From Octopus bimaculoides (lineage: Eukaryota), in assembly GCF_001194135.2 (NCBI RefSeq), contig NC_068983.1:138880076-138914636 (forward strand): a stretch of DNA of 34,561 nt. Reading direction: 5' to 3'. Below the pieces are notes generated by a model. The model was not told the origin of the DNA, did no database searches, and saw only the letters and a program-made list of their open reading frames with translations. Every line of letters begins with the position of its first letter. Within the stretch, counting starts at the first letter, position 1. Below are positions 34,558 through 34,561 of this stretch, piece after piece. A program made the position numbers and the translations under genes.

Positions 34558-34561
34558 GTAT
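34409..34561. repeat. Compound (CT)n/(CA)n/(TA)n microsatellite
   Basis: Directly visible. Further (TA)n/(TG)n runs occur at about 16970, 18310, 18987, 21300, 24345 and 31308. Confidence 0.97.

Overview
AT-rich, microsatellite-dense eukaryotic genomic DNA from a gapped draft assembly, with N-runs at about 1100-1131, 3602-3662, 4110-4119, 4273-4372, 5152-6116, 6598-6607, 17762-18168, 24379-24762 and 30395-30564. The SINE families and repeat landscape resemble what I recall from octopus (coleoid cephalopod) genomes; that is an inference, not a database result. I cannot support any intact protein-coding gene, and most ORF-track entries are artefacts of simple repeats or N-gaps. The window is mainly transposon remnants: two mariner elements, two TA-flanked MITEs, a Chapaev3-like transposon right end, R4/Dong-like LINE fragments, a Ty3/gypsy gag+PBS remnant, an ORF1-only LINE-like element, two tRNA-SINE families and Penelope-like remnants. 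The most notable observations are (i) three or four minus-strand minimal hammerhead-ribozyme-like motifs, one inside an approximately 85-bp-arm foldback and two sharing a CCGANGA variant core; (ii) an apparent templated-insertion scar next to a mariner; (iii) a convergent SINE pair that could form dsRNA; and (iv) weakly supported exon-like segments (a plus-strand signal-anchor exon and a minus-strand chain of decayed exons).
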